This document shows, in pieces, positions 10,826-23,579 of a stretch of 64,000 nt of DNA. How positions within the stretch are numbered: the stretch's first letter is position 1; each line of letters opens with the position of its first letter. The translations under genes and the position numbers were made by a program. The notes under the pieces are model-generated. The model saw only the letters and a program-made list of their open reading frames with translations. It did no database searches and was not told where the DNA came from. Origin of the DNA: Octopus vulgaris (lineage: Eukaryota); the NCBI GenBank assembly GCA_951406725.2, contig OX597817.1:78864001-78928000 (forward strand), given 5' to 3'.

Positions 10826-12110
10826 ATCCATTCTTGGATTATGGAATGTAAGAACCTATTTGGTATTGCATCGAATGTTGAGCAATTGCTTGGAAAAAGT
10901 ATGGTAAAGTGGACAAGGGAACTGACAGCACATGGAAGAAGTTTAGGGATAGTAGAAATCATGAGCGGCATCTTCTAAGGGAACTGCCTGTCACCACTGA
11001 TCTTTGTACTGTGCTTGATACCACTAACACTGATTCTGAGGAAAGCATAAGCTGGGTATGTATTCAAAAGCTGCCAACAAAAAGTTAACCATGTGTTATT
11101 CATAGATGACCTCAAACTTTATGGTAAAGATGAAGCCCAAGTCAGTTCCCTCATTGATACAGTGTATACTTTCAGTGCTGATATCAGAATGGAGCTCAGA
11201 CTGAAAAAGTGTGGTGTGTTAGTCTTGAAGAAAGACAAAATCAAATGTATGGATGGGCTAGCGATACTGTCAGGGGAGGCTATGAAGCAGATAGAAGAGA
11301 CAGGCTATAAGTACTTGAGGATATTAGAAATGGGTAAATTGATAGAGAAAGAAATAACAGAAAAATTTATGGTGGAGTACTTGTACAGACCAAAACTGAT
11401 CCTTAATTTGAAATTAAACGGACAGAATAAGAGTGAAGCTATCAATGCCTGAGTAGTTTCACTACTTAGATATGGAGCAGGAATAAGCGCATGGACAGTA
11501 GACAAAGTAAACAGCTTAGACAGAAAGATAAGGAAGTTGCTGACTAGATATGGGATACTCTGCAAAAAAAATCGACGCAGACAGACTGTATGTACCAAGA
11601 AAAAGAGGGGAAGAGGACTGATGGGATGTGAACACAGCATTAGAGAAGAAGAAAGCAACATAGCATGGTATGTAGAAAAATGCCACAGAACTGCTATTAT
11701 TGGAAGTAAGAAGGTCAGGCTTGTGTAGGATGGAAGATTGCAAAGATAAAGCACTGTACAAGCACTTGAGAATGAATGAAACTGAAAATAGGTGGATAAA
11801 GAAAAGAATGCATGAACAATTTTATAGGCATGTTGAAGATAAGACAGACAGAGGAAAAAGATGGCTATGGATGACAAAAAGTGATTTAAAACCAGGAACA
11901 GAAGCTCCAATCTGTACTACCCAAAGGCAAGTATTAAGAACCAATTACATCAAATACAGAATAGACATCACATCAGAAAGTGGTAAATGCAGAATTTGTA
12001 GACGAAATGGTGAAACTGTATGGCATATTACCAGTCAATGTAAGCCACTAGCCCAGAAAGAATATAAGAGATGTCATGACAATATAGCAAGGACTGTAAA
12101 TTACACTATA
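10826..12110 (+). mobile_element. R4/Dong-type LINE fragment: RT core, thumb and CCHC zinc knuckle
   Basis: GIF*GNCLSPLIFVLCLIPL, HVLFIDDLKLYGK, YKYLRI, then CRICRRNGETVWHITSQC..EYKRCHDNIAR. Contains stops and frameshifts; preceded by (TAA)n. Confidence 0.92.
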
Positions 12111-12464
12111 GACAAGTTACAAAATGGTTTCATATTAAACGTTGAAAATTAACACCTGCAATCATAACAAATTGCTGAAAAGAATAAAATGACATGGAAT
12201 TTCTGTCATTGGAATCCTGAAAGTGTCACATCTGATTTGATCCAGTGCTATAGTTGAAGAAATTTGTCGAAAATGTCACAAAGAAGGATCAAACCCAAAA
12301 CATGTGATTGGGAAGCAGACTTCTTAATCAAACTTCCATGTCTTTTTACGAGATTGAATTCCTACAACAAAAGGTGGGTTTTTGTAAAATGGACCAAAGA
12401 ACCTAGTGCTGCTGCTAAACAGAACAGTGGTTTTAATCTTAACATCGAGTAACAAATTTTAATG

Positions 12465-13310
12465 CATGTGTGGCTGTCTGTTAAGAAATTTGCTTCCCAA
12501 CCACATGGTTCTGGGTTCAGTCCCACTGCATGGCACCTTAAGCAAATGTCTTCTACAATGGCTTCAGGCTAACTAATCTCACTACCTCACAATTGTAATC
12601 CCAAAGCTCTAACCACTGAGCCATGAATCTTCGCTGTGTAAGAGTAGCTTAGTGTATATATGCTAATATGAACAAAGTGTTTCTATTAGATCTAATGTTA
12701 TATAGGCATATGTGTTTAAGTGTGTGTGTTTGTCCCCCACCACCATTTGGCATCTAGTGTTGGTGTATTTGTGTCACCATTTCTTGGTGCAGCAAAAGAG
12801 AGCAAATGTAATCCTTTCAGCCATGAATAACCATAGGATTGCAGCTAGAAAGTTACCCTCCGAGGCACAAGTCCAGGCAAGTTTGTTTATGGAAGACCAG
12901 CAGTCGCTCATGCATACCAGCCTCTCCTCTCCATGCTACCAATGTTATGTTATCCAAGGGAAACGCAAGGGCCGATACAACTTGGCACCAATGATGTCAC
13001 AACTCATTTCTATAGCTGAGTGAACTGAAGTAATGTGAAATAAAGTGTCTTGCTCAAGCACACAACACACAGCCTGGTCCAGGAATTGAACTCACTACCT
13101 CATGACTGTGAGTCTATCACTCTAACCACTGAGACATGTGCTTTCACTAACTGAGCTGTGTGCCTTCAGATAATAAAAGAGACAGCTACAATAAGTATGA
13201 GGCTTAGAAAAAGAAAGCTCTGAGGTTAAGTCATTTGACTAAAATTCTTCAAGGCGGTGCCCCAGCATGGCTCCAGTCCATTAATTGAAACAAGTAAAAG
13301 ATAAAAATAT
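12465..13310. mobile_element. composite: SINE A (+) interrupted by SINE C pieces (-)
   Basis: A head 12465-12575, A middle about 12715-12810, C (minus) about 12820-13150, A tail about 13185-13310. Confidence 0.75.
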
Positions 13311-13794
13311 AGACCATCAGATTTTCTTTTTCTTTTTAATTTCTCCCTTTAATCAAAAGACTTTGATTGACTCAAAATTATGGTGTCAAGACCCTCACCT
13401 AAATTGCTGTACTGTGCAGAAGGATTGAACCTAGAGCCATGTGATTAGAAGCCAGACTTCTTAATCACATGGCCATGCCTGAGGCTAAGCAATGACAACG
13501 ACATAATATAAACACACATACACATGCACATACATACACGCACATACACATATGTATTTCGTAATCATATAAATACACAGAGTGATAACTTCACTTCTCT
13601 CAATCTACTCATTATTTTTTGTTTGTTTGTTTTTCTTTTTTCATTTTTCCTTTTTTTTTTTTTTTTACTTGTGTTTTACAATTCAATATTCTTGGCCATA
13701 CTTTTGCACCAACTTATGGCCAGCCAACAGTGCGGCGTTGAAGTGGGATAAATTGATATTATTTTGTCCAAAAACATTTTCAGAATGTGGGAAT

Positions 13795-13882
13795 ATATAT
13801 AAAAATAAAATAAAATAAAATAAAACAAAATAAAATAAGATAAAATAATAAAATAAAATAAAAATAAAAATAAAAATAATAA
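13795..13882. repeat. (TAAAA)n repeat
   Basis: Direct reading. Confidence 0.9.
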
Positions 13883-14863
13883 TATTCCCTCCTCACCTTA
13901 ACTCCTGTCTAGAGTAGTTATCTTTGGCATTAACAACTAGTTTGTGCCTGAGGGTTACTTAGAGAATTCTTTACCAATTTGCTTAGTGCTCTATTCCCCC
14001 CCACCCCCACCCCCACCACCACCACTCTTCCTTATTCCCTTCTTTTTCACTATCTATCTGTATCTCATTATTTCACACTACCTTTGTTTTTCTTTCTTTT
14101 TTCTTCCTCTATCTTCTCTCTCACACTTTTAAGCACAGTTGACTTCTATCTCTCTTTCTTTACCTCATTCCTCTTCCGACTCTCTGTTACTATCTGTACC
14201 TCATTATTTCACACATGCACACACGCACAGTCGTTCTCTTTCTCTCACTCTCTCTCTCTCTTGGTTTTTCTCACCCCTTCTCTCTCTTTCTCCCTCTCTC
14301 CTGGTTTTTCTCAGCCCCCTCTCTCTCTCTCTTTACACATACATGTATATAGAAGCACTGACACAAACACACACATGCACTCATATACACATGTGTGAAT
14401 GTATGTTACCCTAATCTTGCCCATCCATGGAGGAACACACAGAGTTTTGGAAAACTGAAGCAGTATGTAGGCCAAAAGAGGTTTTGAAGCACCACTCTAA
14501 CTCATGCTAGCATGAAAAAACAGAAGTGAGAACGAATGAAAGAAAAAAAAGAAGGAAATCTGTATTGAAATCAGTTGTGAGTTTTGTAAGTTGTATCAGT
14601 GGTGAGGCTACTGTGCGTTGAGTAGCTAATGAGGTCTAGTAATAGTTAGAAGTTTTGTAATGGTTTTTGTGTGGTACTATTGTTTGGATACCTTTTGAGT
14701 AGCTGTTATTATTTAGCCTCTGGTCAATTCTGATGTCCTGCATGACTATGAGTAAAAGTATTCTAACCATGACCAGGCCAGAGCAAAACAATAATAGGCT
14801 CTGGCCACATGTGAAAACAAATATAGGCCCTATTTCAAAAACTTTATTACATGCTGTTCCGAA

Positions 14864-15120
14864 TTTTAGAGATGAAGAATTATTTACATTATTTACATTG
14901 GACAGATCTGTGTCCTCATCTTCTTTGTAGTTACCACTACAAGAAAATAGCCTAGGGATGAGAACCCAGAGTTGGGTTCAAACCTTCTACCAGAACACCT
15001 GATGAAAGCTGGAGAGTAAATCAGCTGAAACATTGAGATAACAAATAAGATAAGGACACATATCCACCAATGTAAATAATATAAATAATGTACTTCATTA
15101 CATATTTTAATCATCTCTCA
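14864..15120 (+). mobile_element. Penelope-like pLTR with inverted partial copy (second family)
   Basis: About 43-bp inverted repeat (14879-14922 vs 15047-15089) enclosing a hammerhead motif; inverted partial pLTRs are typical of PLEs. Confidence 0.55.
14994..15039 (+). ncRNA. minimal type-I hammerhead-like motif, canonical CUGAUGA core
   Basis: AACAC-CUGAUGA-A-AGCUG-gagaguaaau-CAGCU-GAA-ACAU-U-GAGAU: intact core, perfect 5-bp stem II, GAAA. Stem I has two mismatches. Confidence 0.65.
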
Positions 15121-15364
15121 TCCAGGTCAGGTGACCTGCTCAGACCAGACCAATGTAAGTCTTCCATACCAAGTGTCTCACTTGAGCGATGAAGCATAAA
15201 CATCTGGCTTGAGTTTCAGTCATGTTGGTCTTTCACCAGCTGAAATATCTAATCTAACCTTGACATGACTACAGATGGAAGCAATAGCTTACTAACTGAA
15301 CTGGTTGATCCTAGCCTTTGACAGTTTGTTGCATACAACTAGGATCAGCATCTAGTGGTATTTA

Positions 15365-15622
15365 AAAGTAAAATTACCTTCTCGAGTCATGCTAACATGT
15401 AAAGGCCAGTTTCCTGAGTTTCCATGGCATAAATATTCCCCACCTGGATGGGACCCTGGTCCTTCACAAGATTACTCATTTTTGCCAGCTGAGTGGACTG
15501 GAGCAACATGAAATGAAGTGATTTGCTCAAAAACCCAATGAGTCATCCGGTTCAGGAATCGAAACCACAATCTTACAATCCTGAGTTCAACACCCTTACC
15601 ACTAGGCCACACACCTCCACTA
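15365..15622 (-). mobile_element. SINE family C
   Basis: Reverse complement of GTGGAGG..TGGCCTAGTGG..GTTTCGATTCCTG..TTGAGCAAA..TTCATTTCA.GTTGCTCCAGTCCACTCAGCTGGCAAAAATGAGTAA. Confidence 0.8.
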
Positions 15623-15654
15623 TCTGATGGTATTTGCTATTGACTCAATAAATT

Positions 15655-15850
15655 CATCATCATCTCCATCATCGTCATCATCATCATCATCATCATCATC
15701 ATCGATACCATTTAATCTGTTTTCCATGCTGGCATAGGGTGGACAGTTTGACAGGAGCTGGAAAGTTGGAGAGCTGCACCAGGCTCCAGCTTTCTGTCTT
15801 GGTAACGTTTCTACAGTTGGATCCCTTCCTCATGGCAGGCACCAGCAAAG
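15655..15850 (-). mobile_element. RTE-type 3' tail with (GAT)n
   Basis: (CAT)n..TTTTCCATGCTGGCATAGGGTGGACAGTTTGAC.. Confidence 0.7.
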
Positions 15851-17304
15851 GTGCTTCTTATATGAAATTGGTCACATTTTCCATGCTGCAACCCCTAATT
15901 TCAATGTACCTTGGTTCCGGTTGTTACATGCTATTTAAACTATAGCTGGAACTATGATAGATATTGCTACCCTGGGTCAGAGGAAACCTGGGAACAACAG
16001 TGACTGTGAAGTGGTTCCACACTCCTGAAAACTCTGGAACCACCAAACTAGGGTCTCATGACCAGATGTAGTTTAAAATCATACCTAGAACTTATTACAA
16101 CAACACCAAATCTTGTCTTTACCTTCTTATGTTACTACTCACTCCTAAGTATTTTAATGATCACTGTGAAATACATATAACTTACATGATTTACACTACA
16201 TGTACATGTAGTCTACATGTTGTACCTGCAGGTAATAAAACAGACAAGAACTTGAATGATTTGTATAATGAGTTAATTATTTATCAAAATGGTATGATGT
16301 AAACAGTGTAATAATGGTGGTGTAATAGAAATTGTTTTTATTGTTTGCCTTAGATTAGCCAAGCCTAAGATAATCTATGATCAAAGATATTCCAGCCATG
16401 ACCATCACATAATTTGCTTTTATATGCAAGGAACATGGGATCGGTTATCTGGTGTATCATTTTAGAAGTCAATATTGAGTGATGTGTGGTAGATTTGGTA
16501 ATCTGTAGCAGTGATGACTGACCACAGTGTGGTACCCTTGTTGGTTTCAATGATAGATCCTGTTTTATGGCACTGTGCTGGAGGTAACTCTGTAAAGGTG
16601 TTATAGAAGTGGTCTTATGGTGTGACAGAAGCAGTTTTGTAGTGGTGCGACAAGTGTGGTGTTGTAAGCTGTCTGCTGATGGTGGGGGACTAGTTGGGAG
16701 CAGAGCAGTATGAGACGGTGAAGAGAAAACGCAGTGTTGTTCTAATTTGGAAGAAATGGCTGTTTGGTGAGTAGCAGTGGTATAAAGGGAGGGTGTGTGT
16801 GACCGTTGTGAGGTTAGGGATAACAAAAGTTCTAATATTGGCAGTTTAGGTGGTAGGAGCAGTGTTGTTAGTGTAAATGATGGAGCAACCTGGTTGATAA
16901 GATGTGTGTCATTTCAGTTTACATTTAGGGTGGTATGTGGTATTGAAAATAACAGTGGGGAAGTTGTGATATGCAATGGTGTTTTTTATGTTAGAGGTAG
17001 TTGGTGGGGATGGTGGTGGTGGTGGTGGTGGTGGTGGCAGTGGTAATGGTGGTGTTAGTATTATGTGGAGAGGCATGGTAAGGTTGGGTGTATGTATATA
17101 TATAAATTGCCAGAGGGTACTTCAGCTTCTTAGCAGGGAAATGATGTAAGAGTATAAAGTGCAATAAGAACAACAACAATAATAACAACAACAGCAGCTA
17201 CAATATTCAGGAGATGTAAAAGAAGAAAAAATGCAACAAAAATGAAGTGAAAATAAACAAATAAGAAATAAGAAAGAAACACTAATAAAAATGAAAATGC
17301 GAAA

Positions 17305-17422
17305 TAATATATATATATATATACATACATGTATGTATGCATGTATGTATGTATATGTATATATATATGTGTATATATATACATAAATACACACACATAA
17401 ATATATATATAAATATAAATAT

Positions 17423-17454
<32 letters not shown>

Positions 17455-17772
17455 GTGTGTATATATATATATGTATATATGTATACGTATATATATATAT
17501 ATATATATGCATACTTATACATATATACATATATATATATTTACACATACACATATATATATACACACACACACATATATATATATATATTGTTTTTTGG
17601 TAAATTCTTCAATTCATTCTCCTTGGCATTTTGATTTAAGTCTAGTCTTACCTTGTGGCTATATAACTTTAAGGGAGTGTTTCATGGAGAGATATGCTAT
17701 AGGGACATACACATGCTTATTATATGAATAGACGCATACATTAATTGGTAAAGTGATGTACACTTACATACA

Positions 17773-17803
<31 letters not shown>

Positions 17804-17967
17804 CTTCAAACACTCATGTGTACACACATATGTGCATATACAGACACACAAATACAAAGTATATGCAATATTTTGTATGTATGTATAAATGTGTACATAT
17901 ATGTGAGTATGTATATATGTATCTGTGTGCATGTATATACCTCTATGCACACATACAAATATATATA

Positions 17968-18059
<92 letters not shown>

Positions 18060-18200
18060 ACACACAGATATATATGCATATATATGTGTGTGTCAATATA
18101 ATCTATGTAAATGTCTGCCCCTCTACCTCTATTTCTTTATATATACATATATATATATATATATGTTTGTGTACATATATATGATTGTATGTATGTATTT
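17305..18200. repeat. compound (TA)n/(TATG)n/(CA)n microsatellite region
   Basis: Direct reading; source of many spurious YI/IH ORFs. Confidence 0.9.
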
Positions 18201-19861
18201 ATTGAACAATATCATTCAATGCAAACTTTACAATAACTTTTACTCTATTCTCAGGGAATACCTGCCTCAGTAAATCTTCCTTAGTTATTCTTAAACTTGC
18301 TTTAAAATAATGATTACTTTATTTTCATAATGTTTTCTTTGCTTCAAAATAATAACCTCAATTTAAAGTTTATATATGCAAATATAGGCTTTGTGTGTGT
18401 ATGTATGTATGTGTATGTGTGTGTGCACATTTTCGCTTCTGTATATGTATACATCTATCCCTTTCTCATTCCTCTCTCTCTCTTTCTCTGTATATACATA
18501 CATACCTAGGAAGTTAATTATTATGGCTGGTCATAGAATGACCAATGGTTTTGCATCCATAAAGCACTCAGCCTTATATACAACTCCTCAGGTTCCAATG
18601 GATACCCAGCGGTGGTAGATCTAACCCATTGAATACTTTAAAACCAGCCTCCAGTCTTGAAGCCTTTGATGGAGTCCCATCTCTCCCTTTATTGTATGTT
18701 TATGAAGCAGATTTCTGGTTGAAGTATAACTCGATACTGTGATGAACTGATTCCTATTGTTATTCCATGAGTTGTATTTTTTTCCTTTTGTACCAACTGT
18801 TGTGGAAGTTCTATCAAAATGTTCTTAGGGGCTACCTTTTTCTTTTACTAAGCCACATTTAAGATATTTTTTACTTGTCACTTGCTAAGGTAAATTTTTT
18901 TATAACATATCCACTTCATTCTTGTTTTAAGTCTTCTATTCCTGTCACCTTCCTCCCTATTTTTATTCCCCCATACTCTCTTTTTCTCTACCTCCCTTCA
19001 TTATTTCTTCTTATCTAGGTTAAAAGTGGAGGAGCAATAGGGAAACAAGAGGGAAATTGACCATCTCTTTATTGCTTACAAATGAAGAGGAAGAAAGTGA
19101 TTAGTATATAAAATGATACAAAATAATTTAAATACAAATAAGTCTTTCTCGCTTTTCATTGAAATTTTAAGTGGTTAGAGAACTCTAAAACATAAAACTT
19201 CTAACCTTCTATCCTCAAAGATGTAACACACATTTTTTTGGCATGTTTTCTTTAAGTTTATAGTACCTCAAACATTGATAATACCTCAGACATAAGTACT
19301 ACCTCAGAAATAAATATACATCTCTGGAAAATAGATAAAATTTTCCACTACTACTAAGCATATCTACAGTAATAAAAACGAAATTCTGTCTGTCCGTCTG
19401 GGACCCCTGTATCCCAGTCTACATTTGCTTGACATAGAAATATTACACCTTTTTGGAATCAGGATGATCCCAGGATTGAAAATCTTCCCTTCATTTGGTT
19501 CTTGAACATCCAGCATTGAGATGCGATTTAAAAGATTTTGGGTTGCTATTTCTAGCAGGTAAAGCTTGGTTGATTCACGGCATCTTGATGACATTTGTTA
19601 GATGATCACAGAGATCAAGGGAGAGATAAACGACATTCACTTCATTAATTTTACATTGAAATAAGAACTTAGGGACAAATTGGCCAACAGTTGGAATTCA
19701 GCTTGGGACAAGAACAATAGAATGATTGCATTACAAAATTAATTCTCATCCATCATTTACTTTTGATCAAACACCACCAGAACATATAGTCATTATAGAT
19801 ATACCGTAGTCATTCTATTTAGTTCTCTTCAGTTTTGTGAAATTAGCAGGTCCAGCACGTA

Positions 19862-20053
19862 CTGTGCAGGTGGCACGTAAAAAGCACCCACTACACTCAC
19901 GGAGTGGTTGGCGTTAGGATGGGCATCCAGCTGTAGAAACACTGCCAGATCAGACTGGAGCCTGGTGCAGCCTTCTGGCTTGCCAGACCCCAGTTGAACC
20001 GTCCAACCCATGCTAGCATGGAAAACGGACGTTAAACGATGATGATGATGATG
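19862..20053 (+). mobile_element. RTE-type 3' tail, well preserved
   Basis: GGTGGCACGTAAAAAGCACCCACTACACTC..GGGCATCCAGCTGTAGAAAC..CCATGCTAGCATGGAAAACGGACGTTAAAC(GAT)n. Confidence 0.85.
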
Positions 20054-20574
20054 AATTAGCCCTCCACAAGAGCTAGCTTAAAAGTCTGCATGGAGTACAG
20101 CTTTTAAGCTAGTTGTTTCATAAGTGTAAAATTTGGATTGATCAACCTCGAAATGTACTGAAAAGGGGAAAAAGATTTTACTCTAAATATGAAAGCAAAT
20201 GAAACAGGTTATGTATATGCCTCAAGAAACTAATACAACATAGACAATAATTTTCTTTAACACATGAGAAAATATCTCATGTATTTTCAAAAAAAGTGTT
20301 TGGAAGTCCTAAATACAAAAACAACAATCATAAGTAAAAGGTATAGAACGGAATAAAACTGGATATTTTGCAAGAAAAGTTACGCTGAATTTTTTACAAA
20401 TTTAATTAAAATATATTACATGTTCTGAAATGAAATTATGACCTGTAACACCTGCCAGAGAAAATACACAAAATTCTTGTTATTGTGAAAAACAATGGTG
20501 AATACATTTACTTTGCCTTTGTGATGTAAATGTTCACAAGTTCAATATTATCAAAATCATATTACTAATTCTCA

Positions 20575-20902
20575 TTTACTCATTTACTTGTTTCAGACAT
20601 TTGACTGTTGCCATACTGGAGCACCACCTTTAGTCGAACAAATCAACCCCAGGACTTATTCTTTGTAAGCCTAGTACTTATTCTATCGGTCTCTTTTGCC
20701 GAACCGCTAAGTTACAGGGACGTAAACACACCAGCGTCGGTTGTCAAGTGATGTTGGGGGGACAAACACAGACATATACACACACATACATATATGTATA
20801 CATATATACGACGGGCTTCTTTCAATTTCCATCAGCCAAATCCACTCACAAGACTTTGGTCAGCCCGAGGCTATAGTAGAAGACACTTGCCCAAGGTGCC
20901 AC
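20575..20902 (-). mobile_element. SINE family A (head truncated)
   Basis: Close reverse complement of 44690-45025. Confidence 0.85.
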
Positions 20903-20933
20903 ATATGCAATATGTTCAAATATGTTTACTGTA

Positions 20934-21633
20934 CAGGGTGGCCATAAAGTCATGCACCATCCTGCAATATGTGAAATTGGTAACATTCTCTTTTTTTTTA
21001 TCTCTTTTCACAACTGCTGATATTACTCACAAACCATTCCTCATTTGATGGAGACAGATAATCAACAAGGTAGGCGCAAGGTAATAGTGTTGTATGGGAT
21101 TTGGTACAATCAAGTAATTGGACCATTTTATTTTGTGGGCTCTGTAATGGGTGATTTGTATCTGGCCATCCTTGGCAACAAGTTGATACTTCATGGGCAT
21201 TCACTTGGAAGAGGAAATCATGGCTGGTTTCAGCCAGATGGGGCTCCACCACATTAGGCATTACAGGTTTGTGATTTTCTGAACAAACATTTTCCAGGGA
21301 GATGGCTTGGGTGTTGCAGGCCAATTGAATAGGCACCATGGTCACCAGATTTAACTCCCATGGACTTTTCTGCTGGGGCTACATTAAAACCCTTGTGTAT
21401 TCTGAAAAGATTTGTGACCAAGGACATCTCCTTCAAAGAATTGTTGAAGTATGTAAACAAGTCATCAGCAATGAAGAGTATTTGAGAGGACTCATCACAA
21501 TTTCAAATTCCATATGAACACTTGTTTAGAGCTACATGACCAATACTTTGAACATTTGTAATGAATTACCTACTTCTTTGCTAATAAAGCATACTGGATA
21601 TCTCCCATGGTGTGTGACTCTGTGGCAATCCTG
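20934..21633 (+). mobile_element. internally deleted DD41D (Visitor/rosa-type) Tc1/mariner element
   Basis: TA-flanked; 27-bp TIRs CAGGGTGGCCATAAAGTCATGCACCAT and CAGGATTGCCACAGAGTCACACACCAT (21/27 identical). WFQPDGAPPH..FPGRWLG..WSPDLTPMDF has 41 residues between the last two catalytic Asp. Confidence 0.9.
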
Positions 21634-21789
21634 TATATTATAGCTAATCTCTTAATGTATAAATATATATGCATATGTTTACATGTGCATGTATATACCT
21701 ATATGTATGTCTCTTTATATATGTACATATGTATTACATAAATGTATATGTATGTATGCATAAATGTCTATATATGTTTATATAAGCAT

Positions 21790-22668
21790 TAAAATAAAAA
21801 CTCAAATTAAGCGATCAACTTTTTTACATACTCATACACAGTAATAAAAGTATGAAGCCCTTAAAACGGCTTTTGTGCATTTACAGAGAATACCGACCTG
21901 TCTTACACAAGATCTAGTTTTTAGGAATTCACAATAAGTTATGAATTGTGAAGTCCAAATTGTGAAGTCACTTATGTAATAACATGATATTAGTTACCCT
22001 ATAGTAAGAATTCAAATAAAGTAGCCCCAAAAAGGGCTTTGAGGCGTTCCCAGAGTATATAGAACATAGGAGGAAATACTAGTAAGGCATGTATACTAAA
22101 ATCATGAAGCATGTTACTTAATAACAAGCTAATTAGATATGAGATAACAATCCAAAGTAAATAACTCTGAAAAGGGCTTTTGTGTATTCCCAGAGAATAT
22201 TACCCTCAGAGGTGCTAGTGTTGCTATAGTCGTGAATAAGTCACTGAAATAAGTGGATCTATTGTTTAGGAAAATACTGTTTACTTAGTTAAGGGTTGTA
22301 CTGGATAAATTGTGAAAATATCTCTAACAGTTCAAATACTAAGAAATAAATATAATCAATTTTATTTTTACCAAATAATTTAGGAAAATGAATGGGTCGT
22401 TTCCCATGACTATATATAAGGATCCCTTCCAGGGGCAAATGGGTTATTTCCATTGGTTTTTAAAATAAAATATATTAGGATATATAAGGATCACTTTCAG
22501 GGGTCCTATTATCAGTTTTTTTAACAATCTGAGTATGCCATGAGGTTTCCAGACACAAATTCTACTCACATGTCAAGTTTCAACAAAATCAATAAAACGA
22601 TGTAGGAGGAGTTAGCTAAAAACTCCACATGCACACTCACAGATGAAACTTCCCACATATGTAGAGAT
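21790..22668 (-). mobile_element. non-autonomous Helitron/Helentron-like element with internal sub-repeats
   Basis: Right end AAGTTTCAACAAAATC..GTAGGAGGAGTTAGC..ACAGATG..TGTAGAGAT resembles the reverse of invertebrate Helitron-N/DINE-like 5' ends. GGCTTT..CAGAG motif recurs at about 21865, 22030 and 22170. Confidence 0.45.
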
Positions 22669-23029
22669 AACCTAAAGTTTGTTTACTGTCCATCACTGTC
22701 ATGTGCCACTACTTACGCATTTACTCTGTGTGGGTAATCATCAAGCACAGACCAGTCACAAGAGTTGACTGATCTATTATAAAATTATGGCTTTCTAGTA
22801 AGCTCAGGGTTATCTCTCATTAGTATACCCTACTGAGGAAGACAAAATGAATCATAAATGCACCTATGGTCCAAGAACAGAAACCACTGAGTTGACAACG
22901 TTGCATTTACTCCCTTGGCATAGGCAAGAATGTTTTTGTCTTTGATATACTGTTATGAAATTGCCTTTAGAAGTTAATATACGTCACAAACATATTTGAA
23001 CTAACCTAAAGCATATATATATATATATA

Positions 23030-23253
23030 CTGGGTGTGGCAGAAAGGTCGCCCTGATTTCAAAGGTTAATAAAAACTAACACATGAAGATGCATGAAAAA
23101 ACTTTGTATTTCTATGATAAATGACACAATTTTCAAAACAACTTGAATCACAATGGCGTTTAATGTACTTCATAGAAATACAAAGTTTTTTTTTGTATCT
23201 TTGTGTTTGTTTTTTATTAACCTTTGAAATCAGGGCACCCTTTCAGCCACACC

Positions 23254-23256
<3 letters not shown>
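23030..23256. mobile_element. 227-bp fold-back MITE (Tc1/mariner-type) in (TA)n
   Basis: About 87-bp inverted arms (23030-23117 and 23170-23256) beginning C(A/T)GGGTGTGGC; TA on both sides. Confidence 0.9.
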
Positions 23257-23295
<39 letters not shown>

Positions 23296-23350
23296 CATAC
23301 ATGTAAATGCATATACATTAATATATATATACATATTCATACATACATAC

Positions 23351-23413
<63 letters not shown>

Positions 23414-23448
23414 TGTAGATATAGGTATACATATATATACACACACAC

Positions 23449-23482
<34 letters not shown>

Positions 23483-23579
23483 CGGGAGGCTTTATGAAAA
23501 TAAACAAAAGACGAAGGCAGGTGGAAAACAAACGAACAATTGTATTAGTATGGCGCTCAGGAAATATAAATAAAACAAG

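Noticed and set aside
11305-11910. 201-aa hydrophobic minus-strand ORF
   Set aside because: Antisense to the A-rich R4/Dong RT fragment.
13692-13722. Hairpin TGGCCATA...TATGGCCA as a miRNA precursor
   Set aside because: Only an 8-bp stem; too short and expected by chance.
22832-22905. Possible hammerhead CTGAGGAAGAC...GTTGACAACGTTG
   Set aside because: No GAAA and no convincing stem I.
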